28,064 nt of DNA, from assembly GCA_050293845.1 (NCBI GenBank), contig JBNKNM010000056.1, positions 1 to 28,064 of the forward strand, given 5' to 3'. This stretch comes from Pseudobacteriovorax sp. (GTDB lineage: Bacteria > Bdellovibrionota_B > Oligoflexia > Oligoflexales > Oligoflexaceae). The notes beneath the pieces are model-generated. The model did no database searches, was not told where the DNA came from, and saw only the letters and a list, made by a program, of their open reading frames with translations. Both the position numbers and the translations under genes were made by a program. How positions within the stretch are numbered: position 1 is the first letter of the stretch; every line of letters begins with the position of its first letter. Shown in pieces: positions 17,792 to 26,543 of the stretch.

Positions 17792-18522
17792 TAAGAGTAG
17801 AATCGCTTTCAAAGCGTTATAAAAAAATAGAAGCGGTAAAAAATGTTAGTTTTCAAGCCAATGATGGTGAAATCACAGGCTTACTCGGGGAAAATGGTGC
17901 TGGTAAAAGTACAACTATCCGCATGATTTCTGGAGCAATTCTTCCTGATGAAGGCGCAGTTTACTTAAATGACAAGAAGTTACGATATGGCGATTTTTTG
18001 GGACGACGATCATTAGGAGTTCTTACAGATGCTCGTGGTCTTTATGAAAAGCTAACAACTCGCGAAAACATCGAACTCTATGGCCGGCTATATGGTTTGA
18101 ATGGTATTCAACTAGAGCGTGAAGTTGATCGCGTTATTGATCTTTTGGATATTAAAGATATTGCCAAGCGTCGAACACTTGGCTTTTCTACGGGGCAAAA
18201 AATGAAAGTCGCTTTAGGGCGTGTCCTTGTTAATAGTCCAAAAAATTTAATCCTTGATGAGCCAACATCGGGATTAGATGTCCTTTCTACCCGGAATCTT
18301 CGTCAAGTTCTTGCGCAGTTACGCGATGAAGGCTGCTGTATATTACTTTCTACTCATATTATGCAAGAGATCGATCAACTGTGCGATGATGTTGTGATTA
18401 TAGATGGTGGGAAAGTTTTGGTTCAAGGTGCGAAATCTGAACTGGTCGCCTCAACAAAAAGTAGCAGTATTGAAGACTGTTTTGTAAACTACATTCAAAA
18501 AGGTGAAAGCCGTGAATTATAA
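17788..18522 (+). CDS. natA: ABC transporter ATP-binding protein (NatA-like)
   Basis: GENGAGKS, FSTGQ signature, ILDEPTSGLD, STH. Confidence 0.85.
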   Translation: MIRVESLSKRYKKIEAVKNVSFQANDGEITGLLGENGAGKSTTIRMISGAILPDEGAVYLNDKKLRYGDFLGRRSLGVLTDARGLYEKLTTRENIELYGRLYGLNGIQLEREVDRVIDLLDIKDIAKRRTLGFSTGQKMKVALGRVLVNSPKNLILDEPTSGLDVLSTRNLRQVLAQLRDEGCCILLSTHIMQEIDQLCDDVVIIDGGKVLVQGAKSELVASTKSSSIEDCFVNYIQKGESREL

Positions 18523-19708
18523 ATTAGTACTTATCCTTCTAAAGAAGGAATTTACTGAATTAATGAGAGATAAACGTGCCTTGATGACGTTTGGATCAAT
18601 GGTGCTTGGTTTGCCGCTGCTGTACATTTCTATTCTAGGAATTACTGTTAATAAAGCTCAGGAAGACTCGCAAAAAACATTAAAAGTTGACCTCGTATCT
18701 AATGGCAGGGGGGAAGATCTAGTTACCTTCCTTAAAACAATGGGGGTAGAAGTTAATGCTCTTAAATCCTTCGATGAGATATCTTTTAAGAATAGTGTAA
18801 ATAAATTGGCACTCGTTATTCCGAAGGCTTTTGATATCTCGAAATTGTCCATAAAGGACAAAGATCGCAATACAGTAACCATGTATGTGAATCAAAAAGA
18901 AAAGTCAGCTGAACAAATGGGATGGCGGTTAGAACGTCTTTTAAATAATTATGGCCAATCTATTGCTGTGCGGAGGTTATATATTCGAGGTGTTAATCCT
19001 CGATTGATTATGCCCGTTCAGGTAAAAACTATTAACCTTGATGAAAAGAATAAGTCAACTTCTCTATTTCTTTCTCTGCTAGGTGCTGTGTTAATAATCG
19101 CTTGTTTTATGAGTACAATGTACCTTTCCGTCGACATCATTGCAGGAGAAAAACTTAGAAATTCATTGGAGCCGTTATTGGTAACACCAAATAGTAGAAT
19201 GGTTTACCTGCTTCCAAAATTTCTGACAATTTTTTTCATGATATTAGTGGCAGTCGTCGTTTCATGTACCTTCTATACTGAATTTATAAACCGACCATTT
19301 TTTCAAAATATTGTTGGTATGAAGCTTGCGATCAACTATTCTCTATCAATTTCTGCGATATTGCTGTTTATACCATTAGCTTTTTTGGCTGCTAGTGTTC
19401 AATTATTCGTATCCACGATAGCAAAATCCGTGAAGGAAGCTCATGGCTATACTTCCATCATAGGTATAGCGTGTTTGTTTCCAAGTATGGTGGCTGGTCA
19501 ACTTTTCGAAGAGAGTAAGGGAGTTATTTCCTATATACCTAGCGTCAGTCAGGGACTGATATTGGAAAAGCTTATGGTGGGAAAGTTTATTTCGGTTTTT
19601 GATATCACTAAGAGCTCTCTTACCTCAATTGCAATGGGGGTAGTATTACTAGCCTTAACTCTTAAGGTGTTTAACTCCCAAAAAATTTTCGAGCGCGCAG
19701 CTCAATAA
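18503..19708 (+). CDS. natB: ABC-2 permease (NatB-like); start uncertain
   Basis: KKEFTELMRDKR, IAGEK..SLEPLL.TP, AKSVKEA; multiple transmembrane segments. Confidence 0.85.
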   Translation: MKAVNYKLVLILLKKEFTELMRDKRALMTFGSMVLGLPLLYISILGITVNKAQEDSQKTLKVDLVSNGRGEDLVTFLKTMGVEVNALKSFDEISFKNSVNKLALVIPKAFDISKLSIKDKDRNTVTMYVNQKEKSAEQMGWRLERLLNNYGQSIAVRRLYIRGVNPRLIMPVQVKTINLDEKNKSTSLFLSLLGAVLIIACFMSTMYLSVDIIAGEKLRNSLEPLLVTPNSRMVYLLPKFLTIFFMILVAVVVSCTFYTEFINRPFFQNIVGMKLAINYSLSISAILLFIPLAFLAASVQLFVSTIAKSVKEAHGYTSIIGIACLFPSMVAGQLFEESKGVISYIPSVSQGLILEKLMVGKFISVFDITKSSLTSIAMGVVLLALTLKVFNSQKIFERAAQ

Positions 19709-19747
19709 CAATTTTAAGGGGCTGGTTCAACACTCCAAGGCGATCAA

Positions 19748-20008
19748 ATGGCTAGAAAAAGCTCCCGAGGCTGGTCCCTTGATTACGCCCCTTTAGATTT
19801 GTTCACTATTGAAGACGGTTTAATGCCATCCTCTTTTAAGGTGTCTACTTTATGTTTTCCCGATGGGAGCAAGCGAAGTGTAATTTTGTACGAGGAGCTG
19901 TCTTCCTTCAAACATCACAAAGGATTGATTGAGCAAAACAATGAGCAATTGAAGATGTTCTTTGATAGGAAAAAACAAATCGACGAAGAGCTCGCCTCGT
20001 ATATATAA
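19748..20008 (+). CDS. Hypothetical protein or gene fragment
   Basis: 86-aa ORF whose stop abuts the integrase-fragment stop; weak RBS. Confidence 0.4.
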   Translation: MARKSSRGWSLDYAPLDLFTIEDGLMPSSFKVSTLCFPDGSKRSVILYEELSSFKHHKGLIEQNNEQLKMFFDRKKQIDEELASYI

Positions 20009-20227
20009 TCAAAACCCATAAGACGACACCTCCTTCAAATCCCTAGCCCTCAGTCCCCCACAAAGGTCCACAGTCAAACCGATTTGCTTATGGCCCAAAA
20101 CCTGTTGAAGCTGGTACATGTTGCCACCCTTCAGCAGGTCGTTGTAAGCAAAGCTGTGCCGTAGGTCATGACACCTGAACTTTTTCATGTCAGGGTGTTT
20201 CAATCGCATCCCCTCAAAATAAGGCAC
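20009..20227 (-). pseudogene. Tyrosine recombinase/integrase C-terminal remnant
   Basis: HDLRHSFA and LGH motifs present; expected catalytic Tyr (TVDLY) reads TVDLC; N-terminal domains absent. Confidence 0.85.
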
Positions 20228-20362
20228 TGGCCCTAGCTTATGGCAATAAAGAGAGTTTACCGATCATCGTCTCCAATAATCTCAATTGACGTACATAATA
20301 ATAGTTTTTCTCTTTCAACAATTCCTGAGGTGTTCAGCCCTTCGTTATGCTAAAAACAGTAG

Positions 20363-20386
20363 AAAATCGAACAAGTGCTCTATTTT
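20363..20386. promoter_or_regulatory. Imperfect palindrome, candidate TetR operator
   Basis: AAAATCGAACA-AG-TGCTCTATTTT (9/11 symmetric) just upstream of the TetR-containing operon. Confidence 0.5.
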
Positions 20387-20402
20387 TTAGCGAGAACTCA
20401 TA

Positions 20403-21593
20403 ATGACATCTCTATCCCCAAAACTGAGTGAGACACTTTCCAAAGTCCAGTCGTTTATGGCGGCCCATGTTTATCCTTTGGAACAAGATTTTCTCGCTAC
20501 TCATGCAGATCAAGTTTTCATCAATAAGCTGAACCAAACCCGGACTCTGGTACAGCAACAGGGTCTATGGGGCCTAGCCCTAGGGGAGGAGCTGGGAGGT
20601 CATGGCTTCACTCTCTATGAATTTGCCCATCTAGCTGAAGAACTAGGGCGATCACCGTTGGCGCACTATATCTTTGGTTGCCAAGCTCCCGATATGGGAA
20701 ATATAGAACTCATTCATCTGTGGGGAAGCCCATCCCAAAAAGAGAACTTCCTGCGACCGCTAGTTGAGGGAAAAATTCGCAGCAGCTTTGCGATGACTGA
20801 AAAAAATTCCGCCGGTTCAAACCCAACTCTACTGCAAACCCGAGCTGTTAAAGTTGACGGTGGATACCAAATTAGTGGCGAAAAGTGGTTCACCACCGGA
20901 GCCGATGGCAGCCAATTTACAATTGTTATGGCTGTTTCAGAGGAGGACGGCCCACCTCATGACAGAGCCACGATGTTTCTTGTCCCTACGAACACTAAAG
21001 GACTGCATCTGGTCCGCAATGTGCCTGTTATGGGACAGGCCGGCCACGGCTACTTCAGCCATGGCGAACTCAACTTTGTAGAGTGCTTCGTCCCAGATGA
21101 ATATGTTTTAGGGACCCCTGGCAAAGGCTTCCAGCTAGCTCAAGACCGCTTAGGACCAGGTCGTATTCACCATGGCATGAGATGGATTGGGATTTGTCAT
21201 CGTATGCTCGATTTAATCTGTAAGCGCGTTGTGCGCCGTTCTGTAAGCTCAGAAAAAACTCTAGGCGATAGTGATGTCATACGCACATGGATTGCTGAAT
21301 TAAAATCTAGTCTTTACGGAGCTCGCCTGATGGTTTTGGACGCCGCTCGGAAAATAGTCGAGCACCCCGAGGGTAGACATCAGGACGAGATTTCCATGAT
21401 TAAATTTCACGTGGCCCGTGTAGTGAATGACGCGGTCGATAAGGCGTTACAGGTCCACGGAGCCCTTGGAATGACAGATGATACCGTTATTTCTTTTTTC
21501 TACCGCGAAGAAAGAGCAGCTCGCATTTATGATGGTCCGGATGAAGTTCACAAATTGAGCTTGGCTAAAAGGATACTGCGCGCCTATGAGTAG
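20403..21593 (+). CDS. Acyl-CoA dehydrogenase, ACAD10/11 (LvaC-like) type
   Basis: CQAPDMGNIE, FAMTE, GEKWFTTG, AQDRLGPGRIHH, RIYDGPDEVH. Confidence 0.92.
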   Translation: MTSLSPKLSETLSKVQSFMAAHVYPLEQDFLATHADQVFINKLNQTRTLVQQQGLWGLALGEELGGHGFTLYEFAHLAEELGRSPLAHYIFGCQAPDMGNIELIHLWGSPSQKENFLRPLVEGKIRSSFAMTEKNSAGSNPTLLQTRAVKVDGGYQISGEKWFTTGADGSQFTIVMAVSEEDGPPHDRATMFLVPTNTKGLHLVRNVPVMGQAGHGYFSHGELNFVECFVPDEYVLGTPGKGFQLAQDRLGPGRIHHGMRWIGICHRMLDLICKRVVRRSVSSEKTLGDSDVIRTWIAELKSSLYGARLMVLDAARKIVEHPEGRHQDEISMIKFHVARVVNDAVDKALQVHGALGMTDDTVISFFYREERAARIYDGPDEVHKLSLAKRILRAYE

Positions 21594-22299
21594 CTCTCCG
21601 CATAGCAAAGATAGCTTCGCTTCATCTCTTAGCCAGGCTCATGACTATGCTATTGACCAAGTTATTTTAAAATATGGTGATAGGGTACAGATCAAAAAGC
21701 ACCATCTTCTTAAAAATCAGCTTCCCATTATTTTCGAAAAGGCAGTAGGAATAGCTGTTGAAGATGGTTTCCCTTCGCTCAATTTACGGGATCTTTGCAA
21801 AAGTACGTCATTGAGTATGGGTGGTCTGTATTCCTACATTAACAATAAAGATCAATTACTAGAAATGATACTAGATTATGGATCTGCTACCATAGAGAAT
21901 ATAGTCCTGAGGTCTGCCCAAGAACACAGATCTCCACGAGATCGTTTAGAAAGTATAATCACAACTCACCTACTTTTAGCAGAACATATGCAAAAGTGGT
22001 TTTACTTTGTCTACCGCGATGTCCATTTCTTTCCTAAACGTATTCGCAACAAGGCTCTCAAACGTGCGGTGGCTATCGAATCTATGTTCTTAGAGTGCTT
22101 AGAGGAAGGGGTGAAAAGCAACGAATTTCACACAGACATGAACTTACAAGTACTCGCCTCGATGATAAAATCGATTCTGCAGGACTGGTATATGAAGCGT
22201 TGGAAATATAAGAAACGCAGTATAAGTACTACAGCATACAAAATTCAATTGATAAATCTTCTAAATTTAGCATTATCAACTCACAAGGAGGCAAGATGA
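21586..22299 (+). CDS. TetR/AcrR family regulator
   Basis: GFPSLNLRDLC..SMGGLYSYINNKDQLL HTH; C-terminal QDWYMKRWKY. Confidence 0.88.
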   Translation: MSSSPHSKDSFASSLSQAHDYAIDQVILKYGDRVQIKKHHLLKNQLPIIFEKAVGIAVEDGFPSLNLRDLCKSTSLSMGGLYSYINNKDQLLEMILDYGSATIENIVLRSAQEHRSPRDRLESIITTHLLLAEHMQKWFYFVYRDVHFFPKRIRNKALKRAVAIESMFLECLEEGVKSNEFHTDMNLQVLASMIKSILQDWYMKRWKYKKRSISTTAYKIQLINLLNLALSTHKEAR

Positions 22300-23360
22300 G
22301 CGTTAAAGACTGTCCTCAAGATGTGCGAGAAGGCGAGTCCATCGATGAAGTCAAACTTCGGGCCTATTTGTCTCAACAAGATATTGGCGTCAATCATGAT
22401 ACACCAATAGATATTAAGCAATACCCATCGGGCTTCTCCAATTTAACTTACTTAATCACCCAAGGGAGCACCCAGTATGTACTTCGTCGCCCCCCCTACG
22501 GAACCAAAGCGAGATCCGCGCACGACATGAATCGTGAGTTTCGTGTTCTAACTTTCCTGGAAAAGTCTTACCCCGAAGCACCCCAGCCCATTCACTTTTG
22601 TGACGATAAAGATGTCATGGATAGTGATTTTTACTTAATGGAGCCTCGTCATGGGGTCATTCTTAGAAAATTGCTGCCGAAAGGTTTAACTATAAGCTCT
22701 AAGCAGGCAGAGCAGCTGACTTTCGCCAGTATAGATGCTCAAATTCGCTTGCACGAACTAGATTATAGCCAATGGCCCACCCAGTCAGAACCCACCCAAT
22801 ATGTATCGCGACAGATAGACGGGTGGAGTGATCGCTATAAACGCGCCATTACTGACGATGCTCCGTCTTTTTCTTCGGTAATGAATTGGCTGCAAGCCAA
22901 TCAACCCAAGGAATACCCCATATCCTTTATCCACAATGACTTTAAGTTAGACAATGTCGTCTTCGATCCTGAGGATTTAAGTCAAGTCATTGGAATTTTA
23001 GATTGGGAGATGGCTACCATCGGCAACCCCCTCATGGACCTCGGAAATTCACTCGCCTATTGGGTAGAAAAAGAAGACCCTGAGTTTATGCAAGCATTTC
23101 GCACTTTGCCAAGCCCCTACCCAGGATTTCCCAAAAGACAGGAAATCATAGACTACTATTGTGAAAAAAGAGATTTAGACCCATCTCCTATGTCTTTCTA
23201 CTATACCTTTGGTCTTTTCAGGTTAGCCGTGATTGCCCAGCAGATCTATCTTCGGTATAAAAAAGGACAAACTAAGGACCCTAGATTCGCCCAACTTATT
23301 TTTGGGGTTAAAGGACTGGAACACGCCTGTAATACTTCTATCGAAACATCTAAATTTTAG
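22296..23360 (+). CDS. APH-family phosphotransferase (ACAD10/11 kinase / LvaA-like)
   Basis: GFSNLTY, VLRRPP, AHDMNRE, HNDFKLDN, ILDWEM. Confidence 0.92.
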   Translation: MSVKDCPQDVREGESIDEVKLRAYLSQQDIGVNHDTPIDIKQYPSGFSNLTYLITQGSTQYVLRRPPYGTKARSAHDMNREFRVLTFLEKSYPEAPQPIHFCDDKDVMDSDFYLMEPRHGVILRKLLPKGLTISSKQAEQLTFASIDAQIRLHELDYSQWPTQSEPTQYVSRQIDGWSDRYKRAITDDAPSFSSVMNWLQANQPKEYPISFIHNDFKLDNVVFDPEDLSQVIGILDWEMATIGNPLMDLGNSLAYWVEKEDPEFMQAFRTLPSPYPGFPKRQEIIDYYCEKRDLDPSPMSFYYTFGLFRLAVIAQQIYLRYKKGQTKDPRFAQLIFGVKGLEHACNTSIETSKF

Positions 23361-23368
23361 GATTAGCA

Positions 23369-24115
23369 ATGAGACTAGATAATAAAATAGCCCTAATCAC
23401 AGGAGCTAGCCGGGGCATCGGTGAAGCGATGGCCCATACCTTCGCTGCCGCTGGTGCAAAAGTAGTTTTAGTCAGCCGAAAGTTAGAGGAACTCAAGCGA
23501 GTTCAAGGTGATATTGAGAGACACGGTGGTCTCGCCTCAGTTTACAACTGCAATACGGGCGAGCTAGATCAAATAGAAAAGCTTTTTGAATATGTGCAAA
23601 CGGAATTAGGTGGCCTGGACATTTTGGTTAATAATTCAGCGACTAACCCTCACTTCGGCCCCATGATAGAAGTCGATCCTGGCGTTTATGACAAAACCAT
23701 GGGTGTAAACTTGAGGGGTACATTTTTCATGTGCCAACATGCCTGTAAAATAATGCTGGCCAAGGGTGGAAATATTATCAATGTTGCTAGCGTTAACGGA
23801 ATACGCCCTGCAGCAATGCAGGGCGTATACTCGGTGACAAAGGCTGGTATTATTGCACTCACCCAGGCGTTAGCTAAGGAAATGGGTGGTCAAGGCATAC
23901 GCGTTAATGCTCTCCTACCAGGGCTGACAGATACCAAATTTGCAGCAGCGATAACTCAAAACGACAAAGTTCTTAAACAAGTTTTGCCTCTTATTCCTAT
24001 GGGGCGTATAGCAGCGCCGGAGGAGATAGTTGGCGCTGCTCTTTATCTTGCTAGTGATGCCGCTTCGTATACAAACGGAACAATACTAAATGTCGATGGT
24101 GGATACCTTGCCTAA
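23369..24115 (+). CDS. SDR oxidoreductase (DHRS4-like)
   Basis: TGASRGIG, NNSATNPHFG, YSVTK, VDGG. Confidence 0.92.
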   Translation: MRLDNKIALITGASRGIGEAMAHTFAAAGAKVVLVSRKLEELKRVQGDIERHGGLASVYNCNTGELDQIEKLFEYVQTELGGLDILVNNSATNPHFGPMIEVDPGVYDKTMGVNLRGTFFMCQHACKIMLAKGGNIINVASVNGIRPAAMQGVYSVTKAGIIALTQALAKEMGGQGIRVNALLPGLTDTKFAAAITQNDKVLKQVLPLIPMGRIAAPEEIVGAALYLASDAASYTNGTILNVDGGYLA

Positions 24116-24129
24116 GCTAGTTTTAACAA

Positions 24130-24996
24130 ATGGAGTTCCCTATGACTTACGAAAATAAGGTTGTTGTTGTTACTGGTGGTGCCTCGGGTCTTGGTATGAA
24201 GATGGGAGAAACTATGGGACGGGAGGGAGCTAAAGTTGTTCTCGCCGACATTAACCTTGAAAATCTCAAGAAGACTAAAGGCAGCTTGAAAGAAAAAGGA
24301 ATTGAGGTGGAGGCCTTCGCCGTCGATGTATCGAATCTAGAAAGCATGAAAACTCTAGTCCACCGTGTTATGGAACGCTACCAAAGAATCGACGTCATGA
24401 TCAACAACGCTGGTGTGGGCATGATGGGTAGCTTTTGTGATGTTCCCCTATCAGATTGGGATCGCATGATAGATATTAATATCAAAAGTGTCATTTACGG
24501 CTGCCGTTTAGTGTATCCCATCATGATCAAGCAGGGTCAGGGTCAAATCATTAATACGGCGTCCATGGCAGGTCTTATTCCCATGCCCGGAAGCGCCCCA
24601 TACGGGATGACCAAACATGCTGTTGTTGGGCTGAGCTTGAGTCTAAGAGCAGAGGCCGCTGCTTATGGTATCCATGTAAGCGCGCTATGCCCTGCTTTTG
24701 TTAAAACTGCAATTTTAACAGATTCTAAAACTTATAACATCAAGTCATCCTCCATACAGAAAATAGTCAATAGTTCGGGCGGCAGTATATCCTTGGATGA
24801 TTTTATTTTAGAAGCCATGAGCGGCTTTCGCAAAAACCAAGCGCTTATTGTATTACCAAAATCTGCTCGCAAGACTTACCGTATATATAGATACTTACCA
24901 AAAGTGTTTTTTAAGGCAAGTTATAAAATAGGACAAAAGGTTCGTAAGATGCGCATCAGTGACAAGATTAATTTATTGATCGATTCGCATCCTTAG
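24130..24996 (+). CDS. SDR oxidoreductase
   Basis: TGGASGLG, NNAG, NTAS, YGMTK. Confidence 0.9.
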   Translation: MEFPMTYENKVVVVTGGASGLGMKMGETMGREGAKVVLADINLENLKKTKGSLKEKGIEVEAFAVDVSNLESMKTLVHRVMERYQRIDVMINNAGVGMMGSFCDVPLSDWDRMIDINIKSVIYGCRLVYPIMIKQGQGQIINTASMAGLIPMPGSAPYGMTKHAVVGLSLSLRAEAAAYGIHVSALCPAFVKTAILTDSKTYNIKSSSIQKIVNSSGGSISLDDFILEAMSGFRKNQALIVLPKSARKTYRIYRYLPKVFFKASYKIGQKVRKMRISDKINLLIDSHP

Positions 24997-25007
24997 GTGA
25001 CAACTAT

Positions 25008-25277
25008 TTACTCTTCATCCTTATCATAGGTAAAAACGAAAATTTCCTGAGTGTCTGGATCTTTATATATTTCAAGTGGGGTTTCTGCATTTTCTATAAC
25101 ACCAATATATATCAGTGCTTTAGTATTAATTACTTCCCTCGAATGGGTAGCTATTAAAACCTCTTGATTATTTAAGTCGGTTGTAAAGCCAACATTACCA
25201 GCAGACATTCCCCCAGCTAACATAGGGCTTGTGAAAAAAATAAATGAAAAAGCAGTACCAAAAAATTGATGTAACAT
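25008..25277 (-). CDS. Small acidic secreted protein, GGMSxG family (paralogue 2)
   Basis: AAGGA RBS before ATG 25277; signal-like N-terminus MLA|GGMSAG; shares IYIG and EIYxDP with 11614-11892. Confidence 0.8.
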   Translation of the reverse strand: MLHQFFGTAFSFIFFTSPMLAGGMSAGNVGFTTDLNNQEVLIATHSREVINTKALIYIGVIENAETPLEIYKDPDTQEIFVFTYDKDEE

Positions 25278-25730
25278 AAAAAAATTCCTTTGAATAGTAC
25301 AATCCATAAGATCAGTAAAATTACGAAAGCATAAGAGGGCAAAAATAAATAGAAGATTATCTAAAGATGTTTCAAGTAGATTCTCTATAGGTTCAAGTTT
25401 AGATCAATACTCTGGATTTATGCAAGTGCTTCATTGCTACGAATTCCCTGGAGTAAGTAACTGAAGTGTAACTTAGCGGGTGAGAGAAGAACTGATTTAC
25501 GTATCGTGATTTATCATCCTTGCAAAAAACAACTCATAAAGTTATGAAAATTTGTAGGTGCTAAATCATGTTATTTGAACAGTTATTATCCTTTAAAATA
25601 AGTTCAAAGTTTGTGAACTTTAATAAAGAATTTAAGCCTCTTCATTATTTTATGGTGAAATACTGAAATTATAATGTTGGCAAATAGCACATTCAAATTG
25701 TTCACATTAAAGAACGGTTGCTGTGAATGA

Positions 25731-26402
25731 TCAATCTGTAGTCATGCAAGTTACAAATACGTCCTCACCCTCCAGCCATTTTTTTGTGACATCAGGTGTG
25801 GTCAGTGCAATCCAAATAGCATCAGTTAATAAGTAAGTGCTGTTAGCTAGTCCTAGTTTATCTGCAATTGATTGCAGACCATAAAGAAGTGCTCTACTAG
25901 TCATAAAGCTTTTCTCATCAAACGGGATCTCTTGTGGTAAGTCCTGTTCTGAAAATAATTCTGAGCATTTTATGGCTGAACAGGACATAAGGCCTTGGCA
26001 AAGAATAGGGCGAACCTCATAGATGGTACATTGCCCCTTTGAACCTAGCATGGGGCATGGCTGACCTACAAATTTCCTTTCAATACTTCCTTGTAGCTTG
26101 TCCATAATTTCACTCAGTTCCTGGTTACTAAAATTCGTTTGCAGATATTCCACTATGATGATGGTTTCAAATGCACTAACGGATACCGGACCAAAGCAAC
26201 AATAGTGACATCCTTTCTTGCAATCGGAGCGAGAGTTTGTCTGGGTTGCAGACTGAATAGATGAGGCTGTTTTCACAATATTCTTAATGGTGGGCAGTTC
26301 CTTACCATCTTCTGCTTTATGGGCAAAACTATCAATAAGGGTTTGCGCAATTTTAAGAAAAAAATGTTTTGTAGATAATTGATTTTTCTTCATATTTAGC
26401 AT
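25731..26402 (-). CDS. YkgJ/FliB-like cysteine-cluster (CxxxCxxCC) protein
   Basis: CKKGCHYCC, CPML, CTIYEVRPILC. Confidence 0.85.
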   Translation of the reverse strand: MLNMKKNQLSTKHFFLKIAQTLIDSFAHKAEDGKELPTIKNIVKTASSIQSATQTNSRSDCKKGCHYCCFGPVSVSAFETIIIVEYLQTNFSNQELSEIMDKLQGSIERKFVGQPCPMLGSKGQCTIYEVRPILCQGLMSCSAIKCSELFSEQDLPQEIPFDEKSFMTSRALLYGLQSIADKLGLANSTYLLTDAIWIALTTPDVTKKWLEGEDVFVTCMTTD

Positions 26403-26543
26403 TCTAGTGTATTAAAATAATACGCCAACAAACAATATAGACAGTTAGGGATAGCCTAATATTTACTTTCTAAGTGAGTTCATTGCTATGAACTAAAAGG
26501 AATGTGATTTTGAATTTTTAACTTGGAATGATCTTTTACAATT

